This document shows positions 1 to 9,239 of a DNA stretch of 64,000 nucleotides, piece by piece. The position numbers were made by a program, and so were the translations under genes. Origin of the DNA: a virus; the IMG/VR virus record IMGVR_UViG_3300044491_002068, positions 1 to 64,000 of that record. One strand, given 5' to 3'. Within the stretch, counting starts at the first letter, position 1, and every line of letters begins with the position of its first letter. The notes beneath the pieces are model-generated. The model was not told the DNA's origin. It saw nothing but the letters and a program-made list of their open reading frames with translations, and did no database searches.

Positions 1-1
1 A

Positions 2-205
2 CAGATCGAAGCATATCTTAGCGGGCCAGAGGATCGTGAAAGAATAGCGTACAAACCCAACCGGCTAATCGTATTCGACGCAGGGCGTAGAATGCACGAA
101 ACTACCCCATTAATAAACGGTAAGCGTCAGATCATGGTAGTGAATGTCTGGCACAAAGACAGCCCGCCCATGGCGCTACAGACAGGTGAGTTTTTCTATG
201 AATGA
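2..205 (+). CDS. C-terminal part of a 2OG-Fe(II) oxygenase (5' truncated by window edge)
   Basis: Not in ORF track. Frame from base 2 reads QIEAYLSGPEDRERIAYKPNRLIVFDAGRRMHETTPLINGKRQIMVVNVW...FFYE*: PNRLIVFD, distal His and 2OG-binding Arg. Its stop overlaps the next gene's ATG at 198. Confidence 0.75.
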   Translation, partial: QIEAYLSGPEDRERIAYKPNRLIVFDAGRRMHETTPLINGKRQIMVVNVWHKDSPPMALQTGEFFYE

Positions 206-1070
206 AATACAGGCAGAACACATAGGCTTAGGTGTTTTACGCTTCCCATCAGCAGCCACTGTTAATTCAGAAATGCTGGATATAATCGACACACTCCGAA
301 CTGAAGCCCTTAAATCGCACTACACCTATGTATACGACGAAAATGGAGACATTCTTCATGCAACCAACCTGAGTGGGCACCGGTTTACCCCAGAGGAAAT
401 AGACAGTAACTGTGTCCGAATAAACAACTTTAACGACTTGCATGAACAGCATCAAAAAGATTACTTTGCTAATCTAGAAAATGAACTCTACGCTGCCCTA
501 ATAAATTATGCAAACAACTTCCCTATGGCTTTACCGTGCCTCTGGTGGAAAACTAAAGGCCACGTCCTCTCATACTCCGATGGAGCATCACTAGGGTTGC
601 ACGCAGATAACGACATAAATTACAAGCCTAATTTTGAGCCAGACTACCAACTAGGAACAAAGCACGTACTGGCCGCAATCGCCTACCTTAACGACGACTA
701 CGAAGGTGGCGAAATAGAATTCCCGTATCTAGGAATCAAGTATGCCCCAAAAGCCGGAGACATTTTAATGTTTCCAGCAAACTTTATATACGCTCACGAA
801 GTAAACAAAATAACTAAAGGCACTCGGTACGCATATCTAGGTTACTTTGGTCAAGGTTCTTCAGACCCTGAACACGGAGTAACAATAATTGAAGACAGCC
901 CCAATATCTACAGCGGGCAAGTATGGATGAACGACCTATTCATCGACTACTCACAGTTCTTGGATGACAACGGTATAGAGAACGACCACAACAGAATACC
1001 GCTACAACGTGCGTTCCACTCGTCTGGTACCAGAAAGGAAATCAGAAATGCAGAAAATACCGCTAGTTAA
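198..1070 (+). CDS. 2OG-Fe(II) oxygenase (P4H-like fold, 'WWxxxGH' paralogue family)
   Basis: LHADND (HxD), YLNDDYEGGE, YAHEV, TRY. Start moved from 144 to ATG 198 because of coupling to the upstream gene and alignment with paralogue N-termini. Confidence 0.88.
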   Translation: MNEIQAEHIGLGVLRFPSAATVNSEMLDIIDTLRTEALKSHYTYVYDENGDILHATNLSGHRFTPEEIDSNCVRINNFNDLHEQHQKDYFANLENELYAALINYANNFPMALPCLWWKTKGHVLSYSDGASLGLHADNDINYKPNFEPDYQLGTKHVLAAIAYLNDDYEGGEIEFPYLGIKYAPKAGDILMFPANFIYAHEVNKITKGTRYAYLGYFGQGSSDPEHGVTIIEDSPNIYSGQVWMNDLFIDYSQFLDDNGIENDHNRIPLQRAFHSSGTRKEIRNAENTAS

Positions 1071-1659
1071 TATCCCATACTTCTTGGGTCTTATTGATGG
1101 GATTGACAATGAACTTATAGCCGAACAAATCACAAAGTTCGGTAAGCCAGTAGGAAACGGCAGTCACCCCCTAGACGATCAAGCAGTAAACGACGGTGAC
1201 ATACTCTTGCCAGATTCACCAGAAATAAACCAATTACTGCTACAGTTAACACGACTCGTACAACACGCATCAGAAAACCAAGAACTAGCCCTCAAATCAC
1301 AATGGGCGGTTAGTCTTAAAGAAGGAAGAAGTGTGGGCCCCCACTCGCATCACGCAAACTATCACATGTACCCCGAAGACTACTGGTCGGCGGTATACTA
1401 CCCTGTCGCAGACAAGTCATCAGCACCGCTTATTCTGTCTGCAACTTGGTGTAACGTGGTAAACAGGCAGGCCCGGATACAGCCACAAACCGGCATGTAT
1501 GTTATCTTCCCGTCCTACATACAGCAATGGACTAGCCGACAAGCCTCATCGGAGCCTAGACTGGAAATCGGCGCAAACTTTGATCCCGCAGAGCCTAACA
1601 CAGAACCAAACGTAGACTTCTCAATCTACGACCGGCGTCCCCCCATCGACACTGCCTGA
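1048..1659 (+). CDS. Putative 2OG-Fe(II) oxygenase (TIGR02466/2OG-FeII_Oxy_5-like), distal His apparently replaced
   Basis: WAV...PHSH...WSAVYYP...PQTGMYVIFPSYIQQW...R.EI..N pattern; AAAGGA RBS before ATG 1048. Confidence 0.7.
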   Translation: MQKIPLVNIPYFLGLIDGIDNELIAEQITKFGKPVGNGSHPLDDQAVNDGDILLPDSPEINQLLLQLTRLVQHASENQELALKSQWAVSLKEGRSVGPHSHHANYHMYPEDYWSAVYYPVADKSSAPLILSATWCNVVNRQARIQPQTGMYVIFPSYIQQWTSRQASSEPRLEIGANFDPAEPNTEPNVDFSIYDRRPPIDTA

Positions 1660-2396
1660 CTATCATTGATTAAGTTCGGCATCCAAATGCGATGCCCCTC
1701 TTGCCCAACAGTTTCGTTGTTGGCGATGTCAACACCGTAACACGCCACGCTCAGATAGGCTACACGCCTGCCAGAAGTTACCGGAAACACTTCGTGCCGC
1801 CCAACATAGTTAGTTGGGTACACGGCCACTGAGCCAGCCTCTGGAGCAAAAGCGTACTCCGCATGAGGGAAATTCAGTTCGCCTCCAGTATAGTCTTCGC
1901 CGCAAGTGTTTAGATAAAGATTTATGCTAATGTTGTTATACATAGAAACCTGATTAGGGGGTGTCTCCCCCCACTCAAACGGAATCTGGTCATCACAGTG
2001 GGGGCCAATGTTCTGACCGGGGTCATAAACTGCGATATGACCTTGCGGCCTCCACCACGCCGTAGTAGCAGCATCAGGAAAAATAGAACAGTAAGTTACA
2101 AGAGCATCATAAATTGCTTTGTCACAAGAATCAACAAAATCTAAAAACTTCTGCGGTGTTTCATCACTACGGGTCTGACCACGCACGTCAAGAAACCTCT
2201 GCGGAGCCATATGAATCTCTTCAATACTAAACTTGAAACCAGTCTGATTTACAGCATGGTCCTCCTTAATGTTGAAAGTCTCTTCGGGCTCGCCCGTCAA
2301 CCAAGCACAATACTCAGTAAAAATAGACTTATCAAACTCAAGAGCGTCTCTACAAATAACGACGCCCATACCTACATGCTCTGCAGAAATCATCAT
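1626..2396 (-). CDS. 2OG-Fe(II) oxygenase ('WWxxxGH' paralogue)
   Basis: WWRPQGHI, PHCDD, YLN...YTGGEL.FP, GRHEV, GRRVAYL, WMP. Confidence 0.88.
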   Translation of the reverse strand: MMISAEHVGMGVVICRDALEFDKSIFTEYCAWLTGEPEETFNIKEDHAVNQTGFKFSIEEIHMAPQRFLDVRGQTRSDETPQKFLDFVDSCDKAIYDALVTYCSIFPDAATTAWWRPQGHIAVYDPGQNIGPHCDDQIPFEWGETPPNQVSMYNNISINLYLNTCGEDYTGGELNFPHAEYAFAPEAGSVAVYPTNYVGRHEVFPVTSGRRVAYLSVACYGVDIANNETVGQEGHRIWMPNLINDSQAVSMGGRRS

Positions 2397-3289
2397 CCCT
2401 CCGAATTAATTAATGTAACTCTATACTGCTCTGAACTTTTATCGAAACCGGCCTCTTCTAAGTAAGTCCTGTAATCCTCCCGTAGCGTGGGCATCCACAC
2501 ATTCGTGCTATTCTCCGCACCCTCGGGATTTAGAAGTGGGTCACAAACGTCTTCCCTAACCTCAGAGTTTGGGGTGCCCTGAGAGTACCACCCAAGATAC
2601 GAGAGCCTTCTACCCTTCCCTACCGGTAACACTTCGTGTCCTGCGACAAAGTTAGACGGGAAGAACAAGATAGAGCCACGCTCCGGCGTGATAGTGCCAA
2701 CATCTTTCAAATAATTGAAGTTGTGTAGACCTTGTGTAAAGTTTCGGCCATTCAAATCATCAGCGTCAACTGAAGAATTTAGATAGGTTACAGTAGAGAC
2801 AACACTTCGTAAAGCAAGTTCCTGCGGGGTTCGGTGAACTCCGTAAATGTACTCTGCGCTAATGTCTGAATGCGAACCAAGATAGACCCCATCACCATAT
2901 GAAACTACATGGCCCTTAACCTTCCACCATACGCAGTTGTACGCTAGAGGGTATCGTGTAAAGTACTTTAGTAAGCAGCGGTCTTTTGCCGCCTCTAGTT
3001 CTTTAAGTAGATTCCTGACCTCATCGCTGGGGTTTAAATGCAATGAGGAGCCCCTTCTAGGCATAGACATATAGGTATCTAAACCAAAAATGTAGCCGCT
3101 TCTATTCTCGTAAGCAACCTCACCAGTCTCCGGATCGACAGTCTCTGTGTACATTTCTGAGAACTCTTCATCGACCAAATTAGATACAGTGTCATAAACT
3201 TTATCCCAATCACAAGAGATAGCGTTTCTAAACAACACCACCCCGTTGCCTAGGTCCTCCGGTTCAGCATCGTTGTGTGATATAAACAT
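2393..3289 (-). CDS. 2OG-Fe(II) oxygenase ('WWxxxGH' paralogue)
   Basis: WWKVKGHV, SHSD, FFPSNFVAGHEV, GRRLSYL, WMP. Confidence 0.88.
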   Translation of the reverse strand: MFISHNDAEPEDLGNGVVLFRNAISCDWDKVYDTVSNLVDEEFSEMYTETVDPETGEVAYENRSGYIFGLDTYMSMPRRGSSLHLNPSDEVRNLLKELEAAKDRCLLKYFTRYPLAYNCVWWKVKGHVVSYGDGVYLGSHSDISAEYIYGVHRTPQELALRSVVSTVTYLNSSVDADDLNGRNFTQGLHNFNYLKDVGTITPERGSILFFPSNFVAGHEVLPVGKGRRLSYLGWYSQGTPNSEVREDVCDPLLNPEGAENSTNVWMPTLREDYRTYLEEAGFDKSSEQYRVTLINSEG

Positions 3290-3298
3290 GTGTCTATT

Positions 3299-4120
3299 CT
3301 ACTTGTAAAGATATGATGTGTCAATCTCTGGATGGCTACAAAAATAACCTAAGAACTGACGTTCATCACGTTTAAACCCACCGCTAACAGCGTGAGACAT
3401 TACAAACAAGTCACTAACAAGCAGGTCACCGTTCTGCCAACTCCACACAAGTTGATTGTATGGATTCAAAACTATTTCAGTCTCAACTACGTCAACACAC
3501 TTAACGAAGAAATTAGTTTCATCGTTTGAGGGCTTACCACCATTAAACGATATCAAATCTACGTCGCCTTGACATATCCTAACAACATCGGCGTTTTTAA
3601 ATGGGTGTTTAACTATAGCATCTCTAGCAACTTTAGTTGTGACGTTTCCCTTTTTATCAACTACAACTTTACTACCTATCACACACTTTCTCAAAAAGTC
3701 AACAACTTCAGATGAGAGTGTGTCTATAATTTTAGAGTTATCTGTGAAATATGTTTTTCCTACATCTGCGGAGCAGGAGAACTTCTGCATGTTCCAAAAT
3801 CCTGCAACAGTAGAATTTTCCAAAGACGAATGAACATGCTCTAAATGCCAGTTAACCGCAAAATCATCCGGAGTGTGCTCACCGTAGCAAAAGGTATGCG
3901 AATGATCCTCGCTGTACCGCCGCAGAACAGAACGATCAAAATCGTCTGAACGGGGAGTCCACCCAACATAATCGCCAATCGCTAAAATTATGTCTATCTG
4001 CTCTTCCTCAGAAGCGAACAATCCACGAAAACCGTAGACGCCTTCTTCTAGAAACTTTTCAGCAAAATACTTTGAGTCCCGAATTATGTCACTAAACGAG
4101 CACTCAACAACGTCAATCAT
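3299..4120 (-). CDS. TauD/TfdA-family 2OG-dependent dioxygenase
   Basis: GVYGFRG, WHLE (HxE), GKTYF.D, IVKHPF, WQNGDLLVSD...MSHA...R: TauD-type motif order. Confidence 0.75.
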   Translation of the reverse strand: MIDVVECSFSDIIRDSKYFAEKFLEEGVYGFRGLFASEEEQIDIILAIGDYVGWTPRSDDFDRSVLRRYSEDHSHTFCYGEHTPDDFAVNWHLEHVHSSLENSTVAGFWNMQKFSCSADVGKTYFTDNSKIIDTLSSEVVDFLRKCVIGSKVVVDKKGNVTTKVARDAIVKHPFKNADVVRICQGDVDLISFNGGKPSNDETNFFVKCVDVVETEIVLNPYNQLVWSWQNGDLLVSDLFVMSHAVSGGFKRDERQFLGYFCSHPEIDTSYLYK

Positions 4121-5178
4121 GACTCAATTGGTACAGGGTCCGTCCCACAGTTAGCATTTTCGTCCAAAACCTCTGCCTCATGAGTTGAACCATACTGGGC
4201 AACACATCGACCCTGATAGACAGGGTTAATGCCTTGATTCTGCTCAGCGCCTGTACTAATGCGGGAATACTCAGACTTACAATACTTCTCGTAATCGTCA
4301 TAAATGTTGTTCATCCACATCGCTGGGCACCACTGGTAACTATCCTCAGGCTCAACAATATTAATGTTTGCGTCCATGTGCGGAGAGCCCTGACCAAAGA
4401 AAGACAAGTAACTATATCGTACACCCGAATTCATACGGCTAACCTGATGTGAAGCCATATAGTTCGTGGGGAAGAAAACGATGTCGCCCTTCTGGGGCTT
4501 GTAGTCGATGCCCAAATGGAAAAACTCTAAATGTCCGCCAGTGAAATTTGTACCATCTAACTCGTCGTCTGTGTCAACAGAGTCATTAAGATAAACTAAA
4601 CATCCACATGTCTGTCTAGCCGCCATCTGACCCCGAGGCATATAACGCACACCTTCAGTCACCTTATAGTTAGTGTCGTTATCACAGTGGGCTCCCAAAA
4701 TACCTTCATCTTCGTAGCGAAGAATATGGCCACGGTTCTTCCACCAAACACAACCCACCATGAGAGGGAAGTAGTCAATGTATCGGAGCAAAGCCTTGTA
4801 GATAACGTCTTCCATATCATGAAAGAATTTTCTTGGAACTTCGGGGGTATCCTCAATAACCGGATGAAGTAGTCGCACAGGAGTAGAAGGAATGTCCTCT
4901 GGCCGATACCTAAAGCCGTCCTCATTAATACCGTACTTTTCACCATCTTCACCAACTATATATTCCCACCTGTTTTGGTGTGAAACTACAGACTTCTCAT
5001 CAATGTATTTAAATACTTCGGTAGGATCGGCAGTTAAAGCGCCACGAAAAACTAGGACACCTCCACCTAAATCCTCAACGTCGAAATCAGCAATTTCCTT
5101 AATAGCGGCGTCATCAATAAGAGGGGTGTCCGGGTGCGGATCACCACTCCGCTCTGGAGGAGTGTTAAAATCAGTCAT
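4117..5178 (-). CDS. 2OG-Fe(II) oxygenase ('WWxxxGH' paralogue)
   Basis: WWKNRGHI, AHCDND, FTGGHLEF, FFPTNYMASHQV, GVRYSYL, WMN. Confidence 0.88.
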   Translation of the reverse strand: MTDFNTPPERSGDPHPDTPLIDDAAIKEIADFDVEDLGGGVLVFRGALTADPTEVFKYIDEKSVVSHQNRWEYIVGEDGEKYGINEDGFRYRPEDIPSTPVRLLHPVIEDTPEVPRKFFHDMEDVIYKALLRYIDYFPLMVGCVWWKNRGHILRYEDEGILGAHCDNDTNYKVTEGVRYMPRGQMAARQTCGCLVYLNDSVDTDDELDGTNFTGGHLEFFHLGIDYKPQKGDIVFFPTNYMASHQVSRMNSGVRYSYLSFFGQGSPHMDANINIVEPEDSYQWCPAMWMNNIYDDYEKYCKSEYSRISTGAEQNQGINPVYQGRCVAQYGSTHEAEVLDENANCGTDPVPIES

Positions 5179-5180
5179 GT

Positions 5181-5924
5181 TTACTTCTTTACTAGAATGT
5201 GGAACCCGATAGCGTGCGGGATGTGGTAAGACGTAATATCGTCTCGCTCATGAATCTGCTCGTAAAAATCAAACAAAGGTTCAATATAATATTTGTCTGA
5301 ATACAAACGCATCATTTCATTAGAAGGTGCCGTATAGATAACACCACCCGACCTTGTTAGATCAATAACCTTATCCAAAAGAGGAGGATTGATGAGCGTG
5401 TCCACCGTGTGGATATGCACATAATCAAACTGCGCCCCATCTAGATTCTCTAACTCTTCCATGTCAACAACGTTGTAATCTCCCTCCCACGGGAACTCTG
5501 GGCGTGTCAAAATGTGTCTCTCAAAAATATCAAGACATTCATTATTAACAAACGTCATGTTGCAGCCCTTACGTTGCATATCAGCAGCAAAATCAAAGTT
5601 TCTGTCAGGAGTCAACATTAACACGTCAGTAGGCTTAGCGATATCAGCAGCCATCTGTGAATAGAGGCCAGTGCAAATGAAAACCATTTCTTTCCATCCA
5701 GCCACTGAACCAGAAATCAAATCCCACACATGCAAATAAAAATCACTGCCAACCGCAATAGCCCGACGATCAAGACCTAAAGATGTCCACTCCGCCTGCA
5801 ACGTTTTAGCCACATCATCATGGAACGAGAAGAAGTCGTAGTCTAATTCACGGGAAGAGTTTTGAGAAAACTCGTAAGTCAGTGCGTTCGCAATTAAAAA
5901 TTTGCTACCAAGAATCTTATCCAT
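5181..5924 (-). CDS. Putative class I SAM-dependent methyltransferase-like protein (divergent)
   Basis: C-terminal half resembles the Rossmann MTase core (AQFDYVHIH...LTRSGGVIY...GFHILVKK); no clear glycine-rich motif I. Confidence 0.45.
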   Translation of the reverse strand: MDKILGSKFLIANALTYEFSQNSSRELDYDFFSFHDDVAKTLQAEWTSLGLDRRAIAVGSDFYLHVWDLISGSVAGWKEMVFICTGLYSQMAADIAKPTDVLMLTPDRNFDFAADMQRKGCNMTFVNNECLDIFERHILTRPEFPWEGDYNVVDMEELENLDGAQFDYVHIHTVDTLINPPLLDKVIDLTRSGGVIYTAPSNEMMRLYSDKYYIEPLFDFYEQIHERDDITSYHIPHAIGFHILVKK

Positions 5925-6213
5925 TAACTCTACCCTTCGCTAACTGCCAGCGATGCCACAACCTACGGCTATTCATCATCACAAGAATATTTATCTCCTT
6001 CAAAGCATCATTAGAGGCGACTGAAGTCCCTTCCAACCGCTTAAACGGAAAGTTATCCTTTAGCGCATCCACGATGCTATCAAACGTGGACGAATTAATA
6101 TCTGAAGTGTCCATGCCTAGAACATACATAATTGACACTATTTCTCGCTCAATATGTGCCAAGTCTTTACTGGCATCATACGTCGGTGTGTTTCTGTTAC
6201 CAACTCTACTCAT
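5917..6213 (-). CDS. Hypothetical protein
   Basis: 98-aa ORF with overlapping start/stop coupling to both neighbours. Confidence 0.7.
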   Translation of the reverse strand: MSRVGNRNTPTYDASKDLAHIEREIVSIMYVLGMDTSDINSSTFDSIVDALKDNFPFKRLEGTSVASNDALKEINILVMMNSRRLWHRWQLAKGRVNG

Positions 6214-6482
6214 TGTGCTAAATCATCCCAGTCTTCCTCGGGAAAAGGAATAGGTGTATTGCGGGCGTTAGTCTCACTGGTAATCATTTCACACAGGTAT
6301 CCCTCTCCTGAAGGAAAGTTCCAAGCAGGAATAGAAGAATCAAAACGCACGGGCTGCTCCTTGACCGACGATGTGTCAGCGGGATCAGGACCGTCATCGG
6401 GCTGACCAAAAGCATTAACGTCAACTCCCGCATCCACGGCTTCGTCTTGAATTGTGCGATCAGTTACCTTGTAGTTCTTCAT
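6210..6482 (-). CDS. Hypothetical acidic protein
   Basis: 90-aa Asp/Glu/Pro-rich ORF, ATGA-coupled on both sides. Confidence 0.7.
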   Translation of the reverse strand: MKNYKVTDRTIQDEAVDAGVDVNAFGQPDDGPDPADTSSVKEQPVRFDSSIPAWNFPSGEGYLCEMITSETNARNTPIPFPEEDWDDLAQ

Positions 6483-6697
6483 GCCTCAAGAGCCTCTAAA
6501 TTCGTCACCATCTTTACCAGCGTCGTATAAGCCGGATAGTCTGGATCGGCATTAGAAACTGGAATCTCATATGCAGAAGTAAGCGTAGCAGTATCAACAT
6601 TTAGCATCATCGCTAACGACACAATGTTTTGATTGAGAAAGTCGATTGCCTTCTCTTTGGCCTTCTGCCGCTGTTCTTCTGAAATTGTTACAGCCAT
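6479..6697 (-). CDS. Hypothetical protein
   Basis: 72-aa helical-looking ORF with GAGGAAAG RBS. Confidence 0.7.
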   Translation of the reverse strand: MAVTISEEQRQKAKEKAIDFLNQNIVSLAMMLNVDTATLTSAYEIPVSNADPDYPAYTTLVKMVTNLEALEA

Positions 6698-6704
6698 TCT
6701 TTCC

Positions 6705-7550
6705 TCACAGTCTAGATATTTCTAGTTTCATACTATTATATGATACACAATCACGATACAGTCGTGCAAGTCTTGGGCGAGGCTCCTCCATCAGATTATT
6801 TTCTGTCGCCCATAGCCTAAACGACAGCGGCATATCTGGTTCTTCTTCAGAAAGAACACATGAACCCGTCTTGAAATATTGTGCTATTTGTTGATCTGGT
6901 AGTTGCATCAAGTCCCTCACAACAGGGTCAGATTCAGCATTATCTACATTAAGCCCAAAATGACTTAGAAGCGTATCAGCGGCCTCTGCGGCGGGCTCAA
7001 CACTACCAGTATGTATCTTCGCCCACTGCCACTCTAACATCAATTTAAAGAACTCATGTAACGTAGCAGAACCAAAGTACGGATGTATCATCGACGTACT
7101 CCTTACCAAACCATCACCCTTCTCGTCCACTTGGGTATAAATAATGTACCCCACATCGGGATCGTGGAACAACGTCAAATGCTTCTGAATCATACTCAAA
7201 AAGTCATTAATGTGGTCTAATACGATTGTACGGTAATCCTCACGACCGTACAACTCGTCCATGGTTCTAGGTAGATGTGTCTCTGTCGAAGAACACAAAG
7301 GGTACATCCAGTGATCGGTGTGATCTTCCTTAGGGCAAGATGCCCAAAGCCTATAAATTTTATTGAAACGATTAACAGCGCCCACCTCTACAGGGCGCAT
7401 CATTGGAGTGATAATGTCGATTAAATCTTGCAAATCCTCATAATCGTTTGGATCATAGCCTGCCTCAGTTATCATCAAGTCTAGCCTAGGCTTAATCTCA
7501 TTCATTTTTTCTTGCAAAGACGCTTTGCGGATATTGTTTGAAAGTCGCAT
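6705..7550 (-). CDS. Hypothetical protein
   Basis: 281-aa ORF with AAAGGA RBS and upstream TGGTAGAAT extended -10. Confidence 0.75.
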   Translation of the reverse strand: MRLSNNIRKASLQEKMNEIKPRLDLMITEAGYDPNDYEDLQDLIDIITPMMRPVEVGAVNRFNKIYRLWASCPKEDHTDHWMYPLCSSTETHLPRTMDELYGREDYRTIVLDHINDFLSMIQKHLTLFHDPDVGYIIYTQVDEKGDGLVRSTSMIHPYFGSATLHEFFKLMLEWQWAKIHTGSVEPAAEAADTLLSHFGLNVDNAESDPVVRDLMQLPDQQIAQYFKTGSCVLSEEEPDMPLSFRLWATENNLMEEPRPRLARLYRDCVSYNSMKLEISRL

Positions 7551-7585
7551 AACTATCCTTTCGCTATGATACTATTCTACCATAC

Positions 7586-8203
7586 TCAGTAGTCCAGTAC
7601 CTCGTCAATGCACTCCCTAATAGTCCAACTCTCACCAGTCGTCAACGGAACATCATCAAGAGGATCGCTTTGCCAATTAAATCTGGTAATCATCTGACCG
7701 TTCCTACCTACAATAAACTTTTCCCAACTATGGGGAATTCTCGCAACAGCCCCACCTGACTTGTTCCATCCCTCCTGTGCCGCATCGGAGGTATCTGCAG
7801 GCGAAGCGGCCTTAACCCTGACAACGTTACCCAGCAAAGCAGAATAAACTAGGCTACCATCTCTACCGTTTACATCAATCTTTTCGGATAAAGGGAACCG
7901 TACAAACGGGTAGACTTGCTTCATCCACGCAGAAATCTCATGATTATCTGACGGTTCCATCTGCCCGAACTGGTTGCACGGGAAACCCACCACACTAAAC
8001 CCTCGGTCCTTAAACTCGTCATGAACCTGCTGTAGTTGCCAAAACTGCCGCACTGTTCTAGCATACGACCAAAAAGTGCTACACTGCGGGGTGTAACCCA
8101 ACTTGGAAACAGTGTTGACAACTAAGGTCACCTTACCATCGAACTGTTGCATGAAATCAGGCTCACCGTCCAACGAATTCATTTGAATGTCATAAACGCT
8201 CAT
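7586..8203 (-). CDS. Glutathione peroxidase-family protein with atypical active site
   Basis: GKVTLVVN.VSK, GFSVVGFPCNQFGQMEP, EKIDVNG, EKFIVGRNG. The peroxidatic Cys position is Leu. Confidence 0.85.
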   Translation of the reverse strand: MSVYDIQMNSLDGEPDFMQQFDGKVTLVVNTVSKLGYTPQCSTFWSYARTVRQFWQLQQVHDEFKDRGFSVVGFPCNQFGQMEPSDNHEISAWMKQVYPFVRFPLSEKIDVNGRDGSLVYSALLGNVVRVKAASPADTSDAAQEGWNKSGGAVARIPHSWEKFIVGRNGQMITRFNWQSDPLDDVPLTTGESWTIRECIDEVLDY

Positions 8204-8523
8204 TGCTTACTCCAAGGATCACGGCCATCTGAAACCTCCCCATAAATTGGGCAAGTCAACATTGACTTTCCAGAAAAAGGATCAATAATATCGACAACTC
8301 CGCCCAACACCCCATTGTCTACCTTGCTACACACAATCTTAACAATACACTCAAACGGTGTATTAGTAGCGCCAAGCATTATGATGTTATTTTCAGAAAC
8401 AGCAGACTCTTCAAAATCTAGTTTACCCTTAAACATATGGGCACTACCATTATCACCATCAGGAAGATGTAAAAGAAACTTCTCGCTACCTAGGGGCGTG
8501 TGAACTGTCATTGAGTATGCCAA
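8200..8523 (-). CDS. Hypothetical protein
   Basis: 107-aa ORF overlapping both neighbours in the operon. Confidence 0.65.
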   Translation of the reverse strand: MAYSMTVHTPLGSEKFLLHLPDGDNGSAHMFKGKLDFEESAVSENNIIMLGATNTPFECIVKIVCSKVDNGVLGGVVDIIDPFSGKSMLTCPIYGEVSDGRDPWSKQ

Positions 8524-9239
8524 TTTGGAACCTCCGGTATTTCAGGGTCTTGAAGATCAACAAGACCATCATGACGTGGCCCAATCCGGTTACCATCAGC
8601 ATCTAAACCAGTACGAATACCGTTCATCCAACTCCACGGCTCATCCTGCATCTTCTTCATCTTTGCCTCGTTATACTTAACTCTGCTCTCAATTAAATCG
8701 GGCTTATCCCAAAGATTCTCTACAGTACACTCTAGATCAGGCATCAAGTTTGAATCAAAGACAAAGAAGAAAGCAAACGGCATACCCTTAGGAAACACAA
8801 CCTCTTTACCAACTTCAGTTATCTTCCAAGCCATCTGTACCTCATCAGGCCACCAATCACTTGGGATAACCGCAGACAGTGGGACAGCACCGTCAACAAA
8901 ATAGTTAGGAGGACCAGTAATCCACGTATGATGGCCCTCTTCTGTGTTGAAAGCCCACCCTAACTGGAAATCCACCATACCAATCTTATTACAATTGGCA
9001 ACCATTCTGTTGTCATGCTCTTCACCAGAAATTAAAGTTGGGACACTATTACCACCATCCCACTTAACAACAACGTCGCAAGGTAACAAAATTTCCCAAC
9101 CACTGACGTTTGCCATGCTTACAGGCAAACATCGGTAGGCGTGCTTGTTATATGTTGCATCCATCCAATCACGGCGTAGGCTAGCCTGCTGAATATGAGG
9201 AGAGCCTTGATGAGTGCGTACTAAAGTAAGTTTACTCAT
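8508..9239 (-). CDS. DUF6065-like protein
   Basis: RRDWMDAT..KHAYRCLPVSMANVSGWEILLP, ITGPPN, IPSDWWP, FPKGMPF motifs. Confidence 0.75.
   Translation of the reverse strand: MSKLTLVRTHQGSPHIQQASLRRDWMDATYNKHAYRCLPVSMANVSGWEILLPCDVVVKWDGGNSVPTLISGEEHDNRMVANCNKIGMVDFQLGWAFNTEEGHHTWITGPPNYFVDGAVPLSAVIPSDWWPDEVQMAWKITEVGKEVVFPKGMPFAFFFVFDSNLMPDLECTVENLWDKPDLIESRVKYNEAKMKKMQDEPWSWMNGIRTGLDADGNRIGPRHDGLVDLQDPEIPEVPNWHTQ

Noticed and set aside
8095-8110. Selenocysteine recoding in the GPx homologue
   Set aside because: The codon at the catalytic position is TTG (Leu), not TGA.
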